Positions 1 through 8,758 of a DNA stretch of 64,000 bases are shown in pieces. Origin of the DNA: Clostridia bacterium (lineage in GTDB: Bacteria; Bacillota; Clostridia; Oscillospirales; CAG-272); NCBI GenBank assembly GCA_017399105.1, contig JAFQEJ010000033.1, forward strand, positions 2,770 to 66,769. The letters run 5' to 3'. Under the pieces are notes generated by a model. It had not been told where the DNA came from. It ran no database searches and worked only from the letters and a program-made list of their open reading frames with translations. The translations under genes were made by a program, and so were the position numbers. Each line of letters starts with the position of its first letter. The stretch's first letter is position 1.

Positions 1-1
1 G

Positions 2-1957
2 CCGCCCGATGAGAATACCCCCTCCAGACTGCGCAATCTCTATTTTGACACATACTCCCCCTCGGCATCCTTTATGGCGGTGAATACCACCAATCAGGAG
101 AGCATCCTTTTTCTCGAGAGCTTTGTGACCTTCATCACCGAGCGCTATACCCGTGCCGATGCTCAGTATGGCTTTGCGGGCAGCTTCATCCTGGGCTATG
201 AGGTGAACAACAACCGCCGCTTCAACAGCATGGGAAATGCCTCGATGGATTCCTATCTGAACTCCTATGTAACCGCCTTCCGCGTGGTGGCGACTGCTGC
301 AAAATCGGTCTACTCCAACGCGCGGATTTATGTTCCCATCGCCAACAACTGGACCGCGGAGGTATCCGATCTGACCGCAGAGGCAGATCCCACGCTGGAG
401 TATCCCGGCGCATCCTTCCTCAAATCCTTCAATGAAAAGCTCTCCCACTCGGGCAATTTTGCCTGGGGAATTGCCGTCAATCCATATCCCTCGGATCACG
501 CCATCACCCGCTTCTGGGAGGATGAGGGCGCCCTCAGATCGCAGAATTCGCCCTATCTCACCATGGCGAATCTCAACGTGATCAGCGAATTTTTAGCCGA
601 CGAGAGTCTGCTATACAGCGGCTCCAAGCGCAGCATCGTTATCTCAGATTTTGCCGTCAGCTCGGGCAGCAATACCCCCGAGGAGCAGTCCCTTCAGGCG
701 GCAGCCTATGCGGCGGCTTATGCGGCGGCATGCTCGAATCCCGATGTGGAGGCATTCATCTATCACCGCCAGGTGGATCATGCCGGCGAGAACGGACTGA
801 ACTATGGACTCTGGACAAGAGTGGAGGGCACCACCGTCACCCCCTCGGCAAAAAAGACGCTCTATAATGTCTTTAAATATATCGACACCGACACCTTTGC
901 CGATTATGAAACCGATATTCTTAAAACCCTCGGCGTCAAGGAATGGAATGAGCTGATCACCGGCATCGATGCGCCGAAGTCCACCCGCAAAATCATCGAG
1001 ACGCTGAATGTGCACAGGAATGAAATCCCCACACAGTATAACGAGCGCGAGATCGTGCAATTCGGCGAGGGCTCACTCTTCGGCTTCTATCCCTCGGACA
1101 ATGCCGCCTTTGTCGATCTGCGTCCCGATCCGGACGATCCCGAGAGTGCAGACGATTCGCGGATGTACGCGAAAATGTACAACGTCACCCCCAGCGAATA
1201 TATGGGCGTGGAAAATATCTTTGAGGAGCCGCTGATGCTGGAGGGCGGCGCCTATATGACTCTGCGCACCAAGATTGTTCTGCCCGAAGGCATGACCTCG
1301 GCAAGCGTGATGCTCCGTCTCTGCACAAAGGATATGAGCGTGCTCTATGAGGGAGTCGCCACCGTTACCTCGGGCAAATGGGAGACGCTGGTCTTCAAGC
1401 TGGACGAGCTCGCCGCCGCACTCGGCAAGGATCAGGGCATTGATCTGATGAAGCTCTGGGTGCGCCCCACCGATTCGATAATTGCCGACGGTGAGATCGG
1501 GCTCTGGCTCGATTCGGTATCGGTCTTTGATAAAACCAGCATCCCCTTCTGGCAGATTGCACTCTGGACACTGGTTATCCTCATCGGACTGCTGCTTGCG
1601 GCAGGTGTGATTCTGATTGTATACAACCAGATAAAGCTGAAGAAGATCAAACGCGAGCGCGCAAGACGTGAAGCTGCAAGAGCAAGAGCCCGCCTCGATG
1701 CTCAGAATCGCGCGAGAACGCAGGCAGGTCAGGGAGCTCCCCACAGCCGCGCTCCATCACCCACAGCGGAGGCAAAACAGGCAGAGCAGCAGATCCGCAG
1801 ACCGCAGAGACAGCTTCCCCCGCAGACTACACAGCCACGAACCGCCGATCCCGCACAGCGCCGCGCTCCCGATGGAAGCTCCGAGCAGAGAAACCGTCCC
1901 CATGCGGCAAGACGGGCGCCGATGACACACAATGACAACGACAAAAAGGACTTGTAA
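2..1957 (+). CDS. Membrane-anchored glycoside-hydrolase-like protein (DUF5722-like ectodomain, single C-terminal TM helix, long basic Pro/Gln/Arg-rich tail); 5' end cut by window edge
   Basis: The frame of ORF 74..1957 stays open back to nt 2, so the N-terminus lies outside the window. A hydrophobic segment IPFWQIALWTLVILIGLLLAAGVILIVY is followed by KKIKRERARREAARARAR... The family assignment is from memory of similar Clostridia proteins. Confidence 0.6.
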   Translation, partial: PPDENTPSRLRNLYFDTYSPSASFMAVNTTNQESILFLESFVTFITERYTRADAQYGFAGSFILGYEVNNNRRFNSMGNASMDSYLNSYVTAFRVVATAAKSVYSNARIYVPIANNWTAEVSDLTAEADPTLEYPGASFLKSFNEKLSHSGNFAWGIAVNPYPSDHAITRFWEDEGALRSQNSPYLTMANLNVISEFLADESLLYSGSKRSIVISDFAVSSGSNTPEEQSLQAAAYAAAYAAACSNPDVEAFIYHRQVDHAGENGLNYGLWTRVEGTTVTPSAKKTLYNVFKYIDTDTFADYETDILKTLGVKEWNELITGIDAPKSTRKIIETLNVHRNEIPTQYNEREIVQFGEGSLFGFYPSDNAAFVDLRPDPDDPESADDSRMYAKMYNVTPSEYMGVENIFEEPLMLEGGAYMTLRTKIVLPEGMTSASVMLRLCTKDMSVLYEGVATVTSGKWETLVFKLDELAAALGKDQGIDLMKLWVRPTDSIIADGEIGLWLDSVSVFDKTSIPFWQIALWTLVILIGLLLAAGVILIVYNQIKLKKIKRERARREAARARARLDAQNRARTQAGQGAPHSRAPSPTAEAKQAEQQIRRPQRQLPPQTTQPRTADPAQRRAPDGSSEQRNRPHAARRAPMTHNDNDKKDL

Positions 1958-1958
1958 A

Positions 1959-2141
1959 ATGAAGAACGAAACAACGACAGAAATCAAAATCAGCGGTGAT
2001 CTCCTTGCCAAGCTGCAGTATGTGGCAGACGCGGAGGGACGCTCGCTCAACAATCAGTTTCTCATGATGGCACGCAATGCGGTGGCATATTATGAGAAGG
2101 TACACGGTAAGATCAAGGATGCTGATCTGAAAAAGGAATAA
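1959..2141 (+). CDS. Small ribbon-helix-helix (Arc/CopG-like) DNA-binding protein
   Basis: An internal ATG (MKNETTTEIKISGDLLAKLQYVADAEGRSLNNQFLMMARNAVAYY) sits 1 nt after the upstream TAA. The beta-strand plus two-helix pattern is typical of RHH proteins. Confidence 0.55.
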   Translation: MKNETTTEIKISGDLLAKLQYVADAEGRSLNNQFLMMARNAVAYYEKVHGKIKDADLKKE

Positions 2142-2151
2142 AGAAAAAGAA

Positions 2152-2311
2152 GGGGCTGTTGCAAATGAAACATTTGCAACAGCCCAGCCACAAAATTTTC
2201 GATTTTTTGGCGTATATTGATTGGCTTCAGGGCATAAAATGCTCTGAAATGGCGGTCTTTGACCGGCAAAATCAATATCAGGGGGCTGACGCATTGCAAA
2301 TGCGACAGCCC
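2152..2311 (+). repeat. Hairpin-bounded repeat element, full-length copy A (family H)
   Basis: 5' hairpin GGGGCTGTTGCAAATG-aaa-CATTTGCAACAGCCC, linker AGCCACAAAATTTTCGATTTT, central hairpins, then 3' hairpin GGGGCTGACGCATT-GCA-AATGCGACAGCCC followed by a T-run. It aligns by eye along its whole length to the reverse complement of 42542..42701. Confidence 0.85.
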
Positions 2312-2396
2312 TTTTGTTTTGCGGAACAGGGGTGGGAATGGAGCGAACAGCAAATTGTCCCTGCCGGGATTGTACGAACATATCGAGCTGGGGCAA

Positions 2397-3224
2397 TCAC
2401 CGTTCCCCTCGGGTAAGCGTGATAATTGCTATCTCGCCGCCGATGGGGAGTATGAGGGCGTCTTCCCACATAGCGATCGGGAGAAAATACCGCTCGGTCG
2501 GCGGATAGGTGACGGCATCGAATTCGATGCAGGGTTCAAGGAGCTGATTGCCCGCCTCGTCGATGAAGCCAAGCTTGAAATCCTTTGTGACGGCAGCAAT
2601 GCCGTTGTAAAAATAACCGATGGAGTCATAGCCATCGCTCAGCCTTTTGCCGTCGAGACCGCAGAGGTACTGGGTATAGCTGCCCGGCTCCCCCTCCTGT
2701 GCGACAACCAAATTTCTGCCGATTACACGCCCTGCTTCATGGGTTGTGTACAGCTCCGGATCGTGCAGCCAATCCACATCGGGCAGGCTGGGGTAGGGAT
2801 AGCTTCCATCAAGCAGCCTTCCTGCTTTGTCCACGCGGAGAAATCGCTCTTCGCTTTCTGTGCGAGTGCGGAAAACCACAGCGCCATCTTCAAAATCGAA
2901 GGTTTCTTTGTAGGTAGAAACCTCGTTTGTCATCAGACCGGTGAAAAGGGGCAGATTCACCGTAACAGCTTCACCGTTTAAGGTAAAGGTATACGGTTCG
3001 GTATGCTGTACGCGGGGAGCGATGGAGATTGTTTCGGATTCGGTAAGCTCCTGCAGATTCATGCCATCGTATTGCGCCGCGATTTCAGGGGCAGTGATGC
3101 CGAGATATGAAAAATCGGTCGTTTCTGCGGGAGCGGATGGGGGCGATGTATCTTCCGTGACACCGCAGCCAGCCAGCATAGCAAGCATTAAAAGCGCCGA
3201 CAGAAATCGTGTGAATTGGTTCAT
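2397..3224 (-). CDS. Lipoprotein with WG-type repeats (KWG-like), function unknown
   Basis: ATG at 3224 has GGAGGT 4 nt upstream. Lipobox signal MNQFTRFLSALLMLAMLAGC. GYFYNGIAAV / GFIDEAGN motifs. The upstream 52 codons of the tracked ORF lie in repeat DNA and are rejected. Confidence 0.7.
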   Translation of the reverse strand: MNQFTRFLSALLMLAMLAGCGVTEDTSPPSAPAETTDFSYLGITAPEIAAQYDGMNLQELTESETISIAPRVQHTEPYTFTLNGEAVTVNLPLFTGLMTNEVSTYKETFDFEDGAVVFRTRTESEERFLRVDKAGRLLDGSYPYPSLPDVDWLHDPELYTTHEAGRVIGRNLVVAQEGEPGSYTQYLCGLDGKRLSDGYDSIGYFYNGIAAVTKDFKLGFIDEAGNQLLEPCIEFDAVTYPPTERYFLPIAMWEDALILPIGGEIAIITLTRGER

Positions 3225-3363
3225 GTGACCTCCGTGTGTGCGACAGGTGTGAGGGGAGGATGGAATAAAGATAGAACAATAGCAGACCGTCAGGGAGTGG
3301 GACACCGAGGGCAGTGCTGCAGACGGAGAGGCAGGATATAAAGAGAATATAATAACAAATCTC

Positions 3364-3440
3364 TCGTATACCGCCCCCATCGGGGTATACGGATGCGATT
3401 TCGTATTCCTAACGCCGATATTGCCCGTCGGCGCCGCCGA
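3364..3440 (-). repeat. Stop-codon/terminator-associated module (family T) downstream of hprK
   Basis: On the minus strand: TAG-TCGGCGGCGCCGAC (palindrome)-GGGCAATATCGGCGTTAGGAATACGAAATCGCATCCGTATACCCCGATGGGGGCGGTATACGA. This is closely similar to 11071..11150. Confidence 0.8.
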
Positions 3441-4373
3441 CTATTGTTCGACTTCCATTTGACCCATGAGGCGCTTGTTGAATTCGACAGCGGTGTTGTA
3501 GCCCATGCGCTTCTGACGGTTGTTCATGGCAGCAATCTCGAGAATAATGGCAAGGTTGCGGCCGGGCTTTACGGGAATGGTTGTAATCGGTACCTTGATG
3601 CCCATGATGTCCATGGTCTCGGTCTCGATGCCGAGGCGGTCGTACATCTTGCCCTGAACCCAAGGCTCCAGATTGATGATCAGGTCGATCTTTTCGGTCA
3701 TCTTGACTGCACCGATACCAAAGATGCGGCGCACGTCCACGATGCCGATGCCGCGCAGCTCTACGTAATGGCGGATGATCTCGGGAGCACTGCCGACCAG
3801 CGTTTTGTCGGATACGCGCTTGATCTCCACCGCATCGTCTGCGATGAGACGGTGTCCGCGCTTGACAAGCTCGATGGCAGTTTCACTCTTGCCCACGCCC
3901 GAGTCGCCGAGGATCAGCAGACCTTCGCCGTAAACCTCAACCAGAACGCCGTGACGGGTCAGTCGGGGCGCAAGGCTGACGTTCAGCGAAGCGATAACAG
4001 CCGCAGTAAATGCCGAGGTCATGCGCTCGGTACGCAGTACGGGAACCGAAAATTCCTCTGCGTATTTCAGCATCTCTGCGTGTACCTCCAGCTCAGAGGT
4101 GTAGATGACCACGACAGGCTTCTTTGACATAAAATCGTGAATACGCCTGTCGCGGAGCTCGTCCTCGAGGGTTTCGAGATATCTGTATTCGGCGCGGCCG
4201 ATGATCTGAATACGCGAGTTCTCAAAATGCTCAAAGAAGCCGGTCAGCGCCAGACCCGCACGGTTGACCTCGGTGGTGCGGACGAGAATCTCTTCCTCGG
4301 GGGGAATGTACATCGACTCCAGCGAAAATTCTTCGATCAGGCTGTCGAGGGAAACGGAATAAAGGCTTTCCAT
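3441..4373 (-). CDS. hprK: HPr kinase/phosphorylase
   Basis: P-loop GDSGVGKSETAIELVKRGHRLIADD and overall HprK-like sequence. GGAGG lies 8 nt upstream of the ATG. Confidence 0.95.
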   Translation of the reverse strand: MESLYSVSLDSLIEEFSLESMYIPPEEEILVRTTEVNRAGLALTGFFEHFENSRIQIIGRAEYRYLETLEDELRDRRIHDFMSKKPVVVIYTSELEVHAEMLKYAEEFSVPVLRTERMTSAFTAAVIASLNVSLAPRLTRHGVLVEVYGEGLLILGDSGVGKSETAIELVKRGHRLIADDAVEIKRVSDKTLVGSAPEIIRHYVELRGIGIVDVRRIFGIGAVKMTEKIDLIINLEPWVQGKMYDRLGIETETMDIMGIKVPITTIPVKPGRNLAIILEIAAMNNRQKRMGYNTAVEFNKRLMGQMEVEQ

Positions 4374-4520
4374 GGATGTTGTCCTCCGTTTGTATGGATT
4401 TATGGATTGATTGTATCATTTTCAGGATAAACCGGGGTATAGCTTACCATTATCATAATTATACCCAATAATGACCGATTTGTAAAGCAGATTTCCGGGT
4501 GAAATTTCCCCAATGATGCT

Positions 4521-6212
4521 TCACTTCACCATTGCAAGAACGATCTCCAGCGCAGCATCCATCATTGCTCGCGATGCCGCTTCACTTGCCTCTGCGGCGG
4601 CGATGTAGAATTTCAGCTTGGGCTCGGTACCCGAGGGGCGCGCGGTCAGGGTGAGATCGCCTTCATAGCGCAGCTTGAGCACATCGGATGCGGGCAGAGT
4701 GAGCTTCTCTTCTTTGCCGTGAACCCGGCGCACGCCAAATTTATAATCCTCCACCGCTTCAAGCGCCCTTCCGCAGATCGTCGCAGGAGTGTTCTCGCGG
4801 AGATTTTTCATAATCGCATTCATCTTCTCGATGCCGTCGCTGCCCTCAAGGGTGACGCTCTCCAGCTTCGCCGCGTGACAGCCGAAGCGGGCATGCAGTT
4901 CATGAAGCTTATCAAGCAGAGTCATGCCCTTTGCCTTATAATAGCGCGCCGCCTCGCAGATGAGGAGCGATGCCGATACGCCATCCTTATCGCGCACATA
5001 GGAGCCGCAGAGATAGCCATAACTCTCCTCAAAGCCAAAGAGGTAGCGATCCTCCTCTCCCTTCGTCTCCAGCTCACCGATCTGCTCGCCGATGAACTTG
5101 AAGCCGGTCAGCACCTCACGAAGCTCTGCACCGTATGCTTTCGCCATGGCGGCTGCCATATCGGTGGTAACGATGGTCTTGATGATCACCGGCTTTTCGG
5201 GGAGCGTACCAAGCTCTGCCCTTCGCTCCAGAAGGTATGCAAGCAGCACACAGCCGCACTCATTGCCGGTGAGAAGGGTATAATCGCCGCCGTCCTTCAC
5301 CGCAATGCCCACGCGGTCGCAGTCGGGGTCGGTAGCAAGCAGCAGATCGGCACCCTTTTTACGGCAGAGTGCAAGACCTTCGGCAAGAGCTTCGGGCATC
5401 TCGGGATTGGGATAGGGCAGTCCGGGGAAATTGCCGTCGGGTTTCGACTGGGAGGAGACGGTTGTCACATCAGCAAAGCCACGAAGTGCGAGGGCACGGG
5501 TGACGCATTCCATTCCCGCACCGCAGAGGGGGGTGTAAATCACAGCAAGCTCGCCCTCTCCGCCGGCAGGCACACAGGCAGATGCACCGCGGATGAAATC
5601 CTCCACCACATCCTCGCCGATGTACTCGATGTTGATATCATCGCCGCAGATATTGCCGAAGTAATCTGCCTCCGCAATTTCTGCAGTGATGGCACGGGCA
5701 GCCTCCAGCGTGATCTGGCAACCGTCGGGGCCGTAGACCTTGTATCCGTTGTAGACTGCGGGATTGTGGCTTGCGGTGATGACAATGCCCGCGCCGCATC
5801 CCAGGGCACGGACTGCATAAGAGAGCGCGGGGGTAGGCATCAGTCGGGGATAAAGATGCACGCGGATGCCCGCCTCGGAGAGAATCTTCGCTGCCGTTTC
5901 GGCAAAAAGCTGTGAATTGATGCGGCTGTCATAGGCAATGGCGACAGAGGGAGATACGCCGCTCTTTATGACATAAGCGGCAAGTCCGCGGGTCGCTCTT
6001 GCCACGGTATGAATATTCATACGGCGGGGACCGGCACCCAGCTTACCGCGAAGACCGCCTGTACCGAACTCCAGCTCAGCAAAAAAACGATCGTAGATGG
6101 CAGCTTCGTCGCCCTCAATTTCGGCAAGCTCGGCGGCGAGCGCAGAATCGGTTACGGCAGTGCGCCATGCTTCATAAAGGGAGAGGGCAGCCTCACGGGT
6201 TAAAATCTGCAT
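4521..6212 (-). CDS. Phosphoglucomutase/phosphomannomutase family phospho-sugar mutase
   Basis: Active-site TASHNPAVYNGYKVY, a metal-binding DPDCDR motif, about 560 aa. GAGG RBS. Confidence 0.9.
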   Translation of the reverse strand: MQILTREAALSLYEAWRTAVTDSALAAELAEIEGDEAAIYDRFFAELEFGTGGLRGKLGAGPRRMNIHTVARATRGLAAYVIKSGVSPSVAIAYDSRINSQLFAETAAKILSEAGIRVHLYPRLMPTPALSYAVRALGCGAGIVITASHNPAVYNGYKVYGPDGCQITLEAARAITAEIAEADYFGNICGDDINIEYIGEDVVEDFIRGASACVPAGGEGELAVIYTPLCGAGMECVTRALALRGFADVTTVSSQSKPDGNFPGLPYPNPEMPEALAEGLALCRKKGADLLLATDPDCDRVGIAVKDGGDYTLLTGNECGCVLLAYLLERRAELGTLPEKPVIIKTIVTTDMAAAMAKAYGAELREVLTGFKFIGEQIGELETKGEEDRYLFGFEESYGYLCGSYVRDKDGVSASLLICEAARYYKAKGMTLLDKLHELHARFGCHAAKLESVTLEGSDGIEKMNAIMKNLRENTPATICGRALEAVEDYKFGVRRVHGKEEKLTLPASDVLKLRYEGDLTLTARPSGTEPKLKFYIAAAEASEAASRAMMDAALEIVLAMVK

Positions 6213-6237
6213 ATATATACCTCGATTTCTATAATTT

Positions 6238-6969
6238 TTATTTTCTTGTTACAATTGCGGCACGGTCATTGCCGCCGTAGTCGCGCTCAATGTTCACCGT
6301 AAGACCGGCATTGGCACAGAGCCGTTCGATCTGTTCACGCTGATCATAACCGATCTCGAGGAGCATCACACCGCCCTCGACAACGAAATCGTCAAAGCGG
6401 CAAATCAGCATGCGGTAGAAGATCATGCCGTCATCTCCGCCGTCAAGGGCACGAAGGGGCTCGTGATCGCGCACGCTGACATCAAGGGTCGGAATCACCC
6501 CCGAGCGGATGTAGGGGGGATTTGACACCACCGCATCAAAGCGGCAGCCGGGATCAAATTCGGGGGAGAGCAGGTCTGCCTGCAAAAATTCAATGCGGTC
6601 GGCGACACGGTTGAGGGCGGCATTCTCCCTCGCCATGGCAAGAGCGCCGACTGAGATATCCACCGCCAATGCCGTTGTCCCCTCAGTATGACAGAGGGTA
6701 GAGATGGCGATGCATCCGCTGCCGGTGCAAAAATCGGCAAAGCGCGCCCCCTTCGGCAGGAGTCCTGTCAACCGTTCCACAATGCATTCGGTGTCGGGTC
6801 GGGGAATGAGGCAGTCGGAATTGAGCTTATAGCGCTCACCGTAGAAATACTGCTCGCCTACAATATAGGCAAGGGGCTCACCTGCCTCCAGCCGTGCGGC
6901 GGCATTTGCAAAAGCAGAGGAGTTCTCGGGATAATATTCGAGCAGAATTCGCTTTTCAAAGGCAAGCAT
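6238..6969 (-). CDS. prmC: Release-factor glutamine methyltransferase
   Basis: NPPY motif (VVSNPPYI), SAM-binding DFCTGSGCIA, PLAYIVGEQYFYG. Start chosen at MLAFEK, whose ATG overlaps the TGA of the upstream gene (ATGA). Confidence 0.85.
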   Translation of the reverse strand: MLAFEKRILLEYYPENSSAFANAAARLEAGEPLAYIVGEQYFYGERYKLNSDCLIPRPDTECIVERLTGLLPKGARFADFCTGSGCIAISTLCHTEGTTALAVDISVGALAMARENAALNRVADRIEFLQADLLSPEFDPGCRFDAVVSNPPYIRSGVIPTLDVSVRDHEPLRALDGGDDGMIFYRMLICRFDDFVVEGGVMLLEIGYDQREQIERLCANAGLTVNIERDYGGNDRAAIVTRK

Positions 6970-7601
6970 CAGACAAGCTCCTTTTTCTTCATGATGGAGG
7001 CGGCAAACAGGTAGGAGGCAATATACATCATGCAAGCTACCGCCGCCGCAATACCGAAGCCGAGAATCAGCGTCGCATTGATGTTCTGATCGAACAGAGC
7101 AACCGTATTCTCCAGATATACCGTCAGGCAGAAGATCATTCCTCCGCGAAGAACCGTGCCGATGACAGTCACAGTGAGACAGAGCCATTTCCTCTTGAAA
7201 AAGGAGATGATCACCGGCAGGAGCATTGAAGAAAAGAGCATCTGGACGGTAAACCACATGAGGAGAATCCAGAGATTACAGGCAAGCGAAGCTTCGTCTC
7301 CCACCGACAGCGCATCGACGGCGAGGATCAGAAACAGAACGAAAAGGACGCTGAACAACATCAACACATTGACAGTATAATAGCTGCGCACCGTTCGCCT
7401 TCTGCCGTCGGGCAGTGTAAAGGCAAGATAATACCAGCCGCAGAGCGCATCTTTGCGGATGCGGCAGAGAATAAAAAAGGGCAGAATCCCGAGGGAGAGA
7501 AGCAGTCCCGTTTCAAGATCACCGAAAAGAAGACTGAGCGCGCCGAACACAAGAAGATACAGCCCCCACAGAGGCATCAGTCGTCCCATAAAGCCCTTCA
7601 T
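6969..7601 (-). CDS. Multi-pass membrane protein, ABC-2-type permease-like partner of the upstream ATPase-like gene
   Basis: About 6 hydrophobic helices. ATGA overlaps with genes on both sides. Confidence 0.5.
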   Translation of the reverse strand: MKGFMGRLMPLWGLYLLVFGALSLLFGDLETGLLLSLGILPFFILCRIRKDALCGWYYLAFTLPDGRRRTVRSYYTVNVLMLFSVLFVLFLILAVDALSVGDEASLACNLWILLMWFTVQMLFSSMLLPVIISFFKRKWLCLTVTVIGTVLRGGMIFCLTVYLENTVALFDQNINATLILGFGIAAAVACMMYIASYLFAASIMKKKELV

Positions 7602-8467
7602 TTCGCCACCTCCCCCGACGTCCTCTCATGCGCCAGACTGAAACGCAGGATATCCGCTGTTGTCGGCGTTTCGAGATGATAGCCGCGCCCTTCGAATTCC
7701 ACGCGGTGCACCAGCGCTTCATATTCGCCGCCCTGTACGGTGAGCCCTACAAGCTGCAGCTCATCGATTTTTTCAAGCTCTTCGGCGGAACAGCGCAGCA
7801 CGGCAAACTCCCGCGGGAGCTCGTCGCAGGATTCGGAAAACAGCTGCTTCCCGCTGTGCAGGAAGGTGATGTCGTCGATCAGATTTTCCACATTCTCAAG
7901 GGCACGGGAGGAGAGAAGCACCGATCCGCCCTCCGAGACGAATTCAAGCAGCAGTTCTCTCAGCTCCTCCTTCAGCATGATATCGGCATGATCCAGTCCG
8001 TCGAAGATTACCAGCAGCATCGCCTCGGTAGAGAGTGCGACGGCAAGCTGCAGCTTAAGCTGAGCACCTCGGTCAAGCTGAGAAACCTTTTTCCCCGGCA
8101 GCAGCACAAAGCGGCTGAGCAGCTCGAAATACCGATCGGAGCGGAAGATGTCATAGAGCCCGCGAAGGTGGCGCTCCAGCTTCAGCAGGGTAAGATTCTT
8201 CGGATAAACAGCGTGTGGCAGAATCGGTGCAATGCGCTCATCTCCGTATTTCAGTGGCTCTCCCATGAAGCGGATGACTCCCTTGCTGGGGAACACATAG
8301 CCGAGGATGTGATTCAGCAGCATCTCTCTGCCCGAGCGATCGTCGCCTACCACGCCCATAATTCTGCCCGGACAGAGGTCAAAATCGACGCCGCATAGGG
8401 TGCTGTCTTTTGTTTTGCGATGAACGCCCCGCACTTCAAGCATGGCGCCGCAGCTGAAGCCGATCAT
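7598..8467 (-). CDS. ABC-transporter ATP-binding-domain-like protein with degenerate catalytic motifs
   Basis: ABC NBD architecture, but Walker A reads [11 protein letters not shown], the signature reads LDRGAQ, Walker B reads LLVIFDGLD and the H-loop position reads SSR. GGAGG lies 8 nt upstream of the ATG at 8467. Confidence 0.65.
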   Translation of the reverse strand: MIGFSCGAMLEVRGVHRKTKDSTLCGVDFDLCPGRIMGVVGDDRSGREMLLNHILGYVFPSKGVIRFMGEPLKYGDERIAPILPHAVYPKNLTLLKLERHLRGLYDIFRSDRYFELLSRFVLLPGKKVSQLDRGAQLKLQLAVALSTEAMLLVIFDGLDHADIMLKEELRELLLEFVSEGGSVLLSSRALENVENLIDDITFLHSGKQLFSESCDELPREFAVLRCSAEELEKIDELQLVGLTVQGGEYEALVHRVEFEGRGYHLETPTTADILRFSLAHERTSGEVAK

Positions 8468-8758
8468 AGTGCTGTCCTCCTTCGGTTAAGATTGGTTCTG
8501 ATATATAACATAAGTATAGCACGGATATCGGGGCGCTGTCAAGTGGAGGTATATCCGCGCCCGATGGAGACTGCATTTCCCATTGTCAAACTGCCCCAAA
8601 CTCACCTGTCTTCGCCGTTTTTTTCGTGCAATCCTCTAATCTTTTCAAAAAATCTGCGCCAAAGGCAAAAATTTCACAAATACCCGTTGATAAAACGAAC
8701 AAAATGTGATAATATTATCTCCAAAGGAAAAAATATAAATATATATGAGGTGAATCCA

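Noticed and set aside
2159-2981. ORFs 2159..2416, 2259..2981 and 2314..2508 on the plus strand
   Set aside because: They start inside the family H repeat or run antisense to the lipoprotein gene. They have no RBS and implausible composition.
6970-7257. 96-codon N-terminal extension of prmC in the tracked ORF 6238..7257
   Set aside because: The extension overlaps the membrane-protein gene out of frame and has nonsense-like composition. The PrmC homology begins at MLAFEK, whose ATG forms an ATGA junction with the upstream stop.
8420-8758. Upstream extension of pgk (tracked start 8420), and similar extensions for tpiA (10240), the permease (11181), the lipoproteins (18629, 44720), MATE (21361) and GH31 (33881)
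   Set aside because: The extensions cross promoter, repeat or AT-rich DNA and lack an RBS. Internal ATGs with Shine-Dalgarno sequences coincide with the conserved N-termini or signal peptides.
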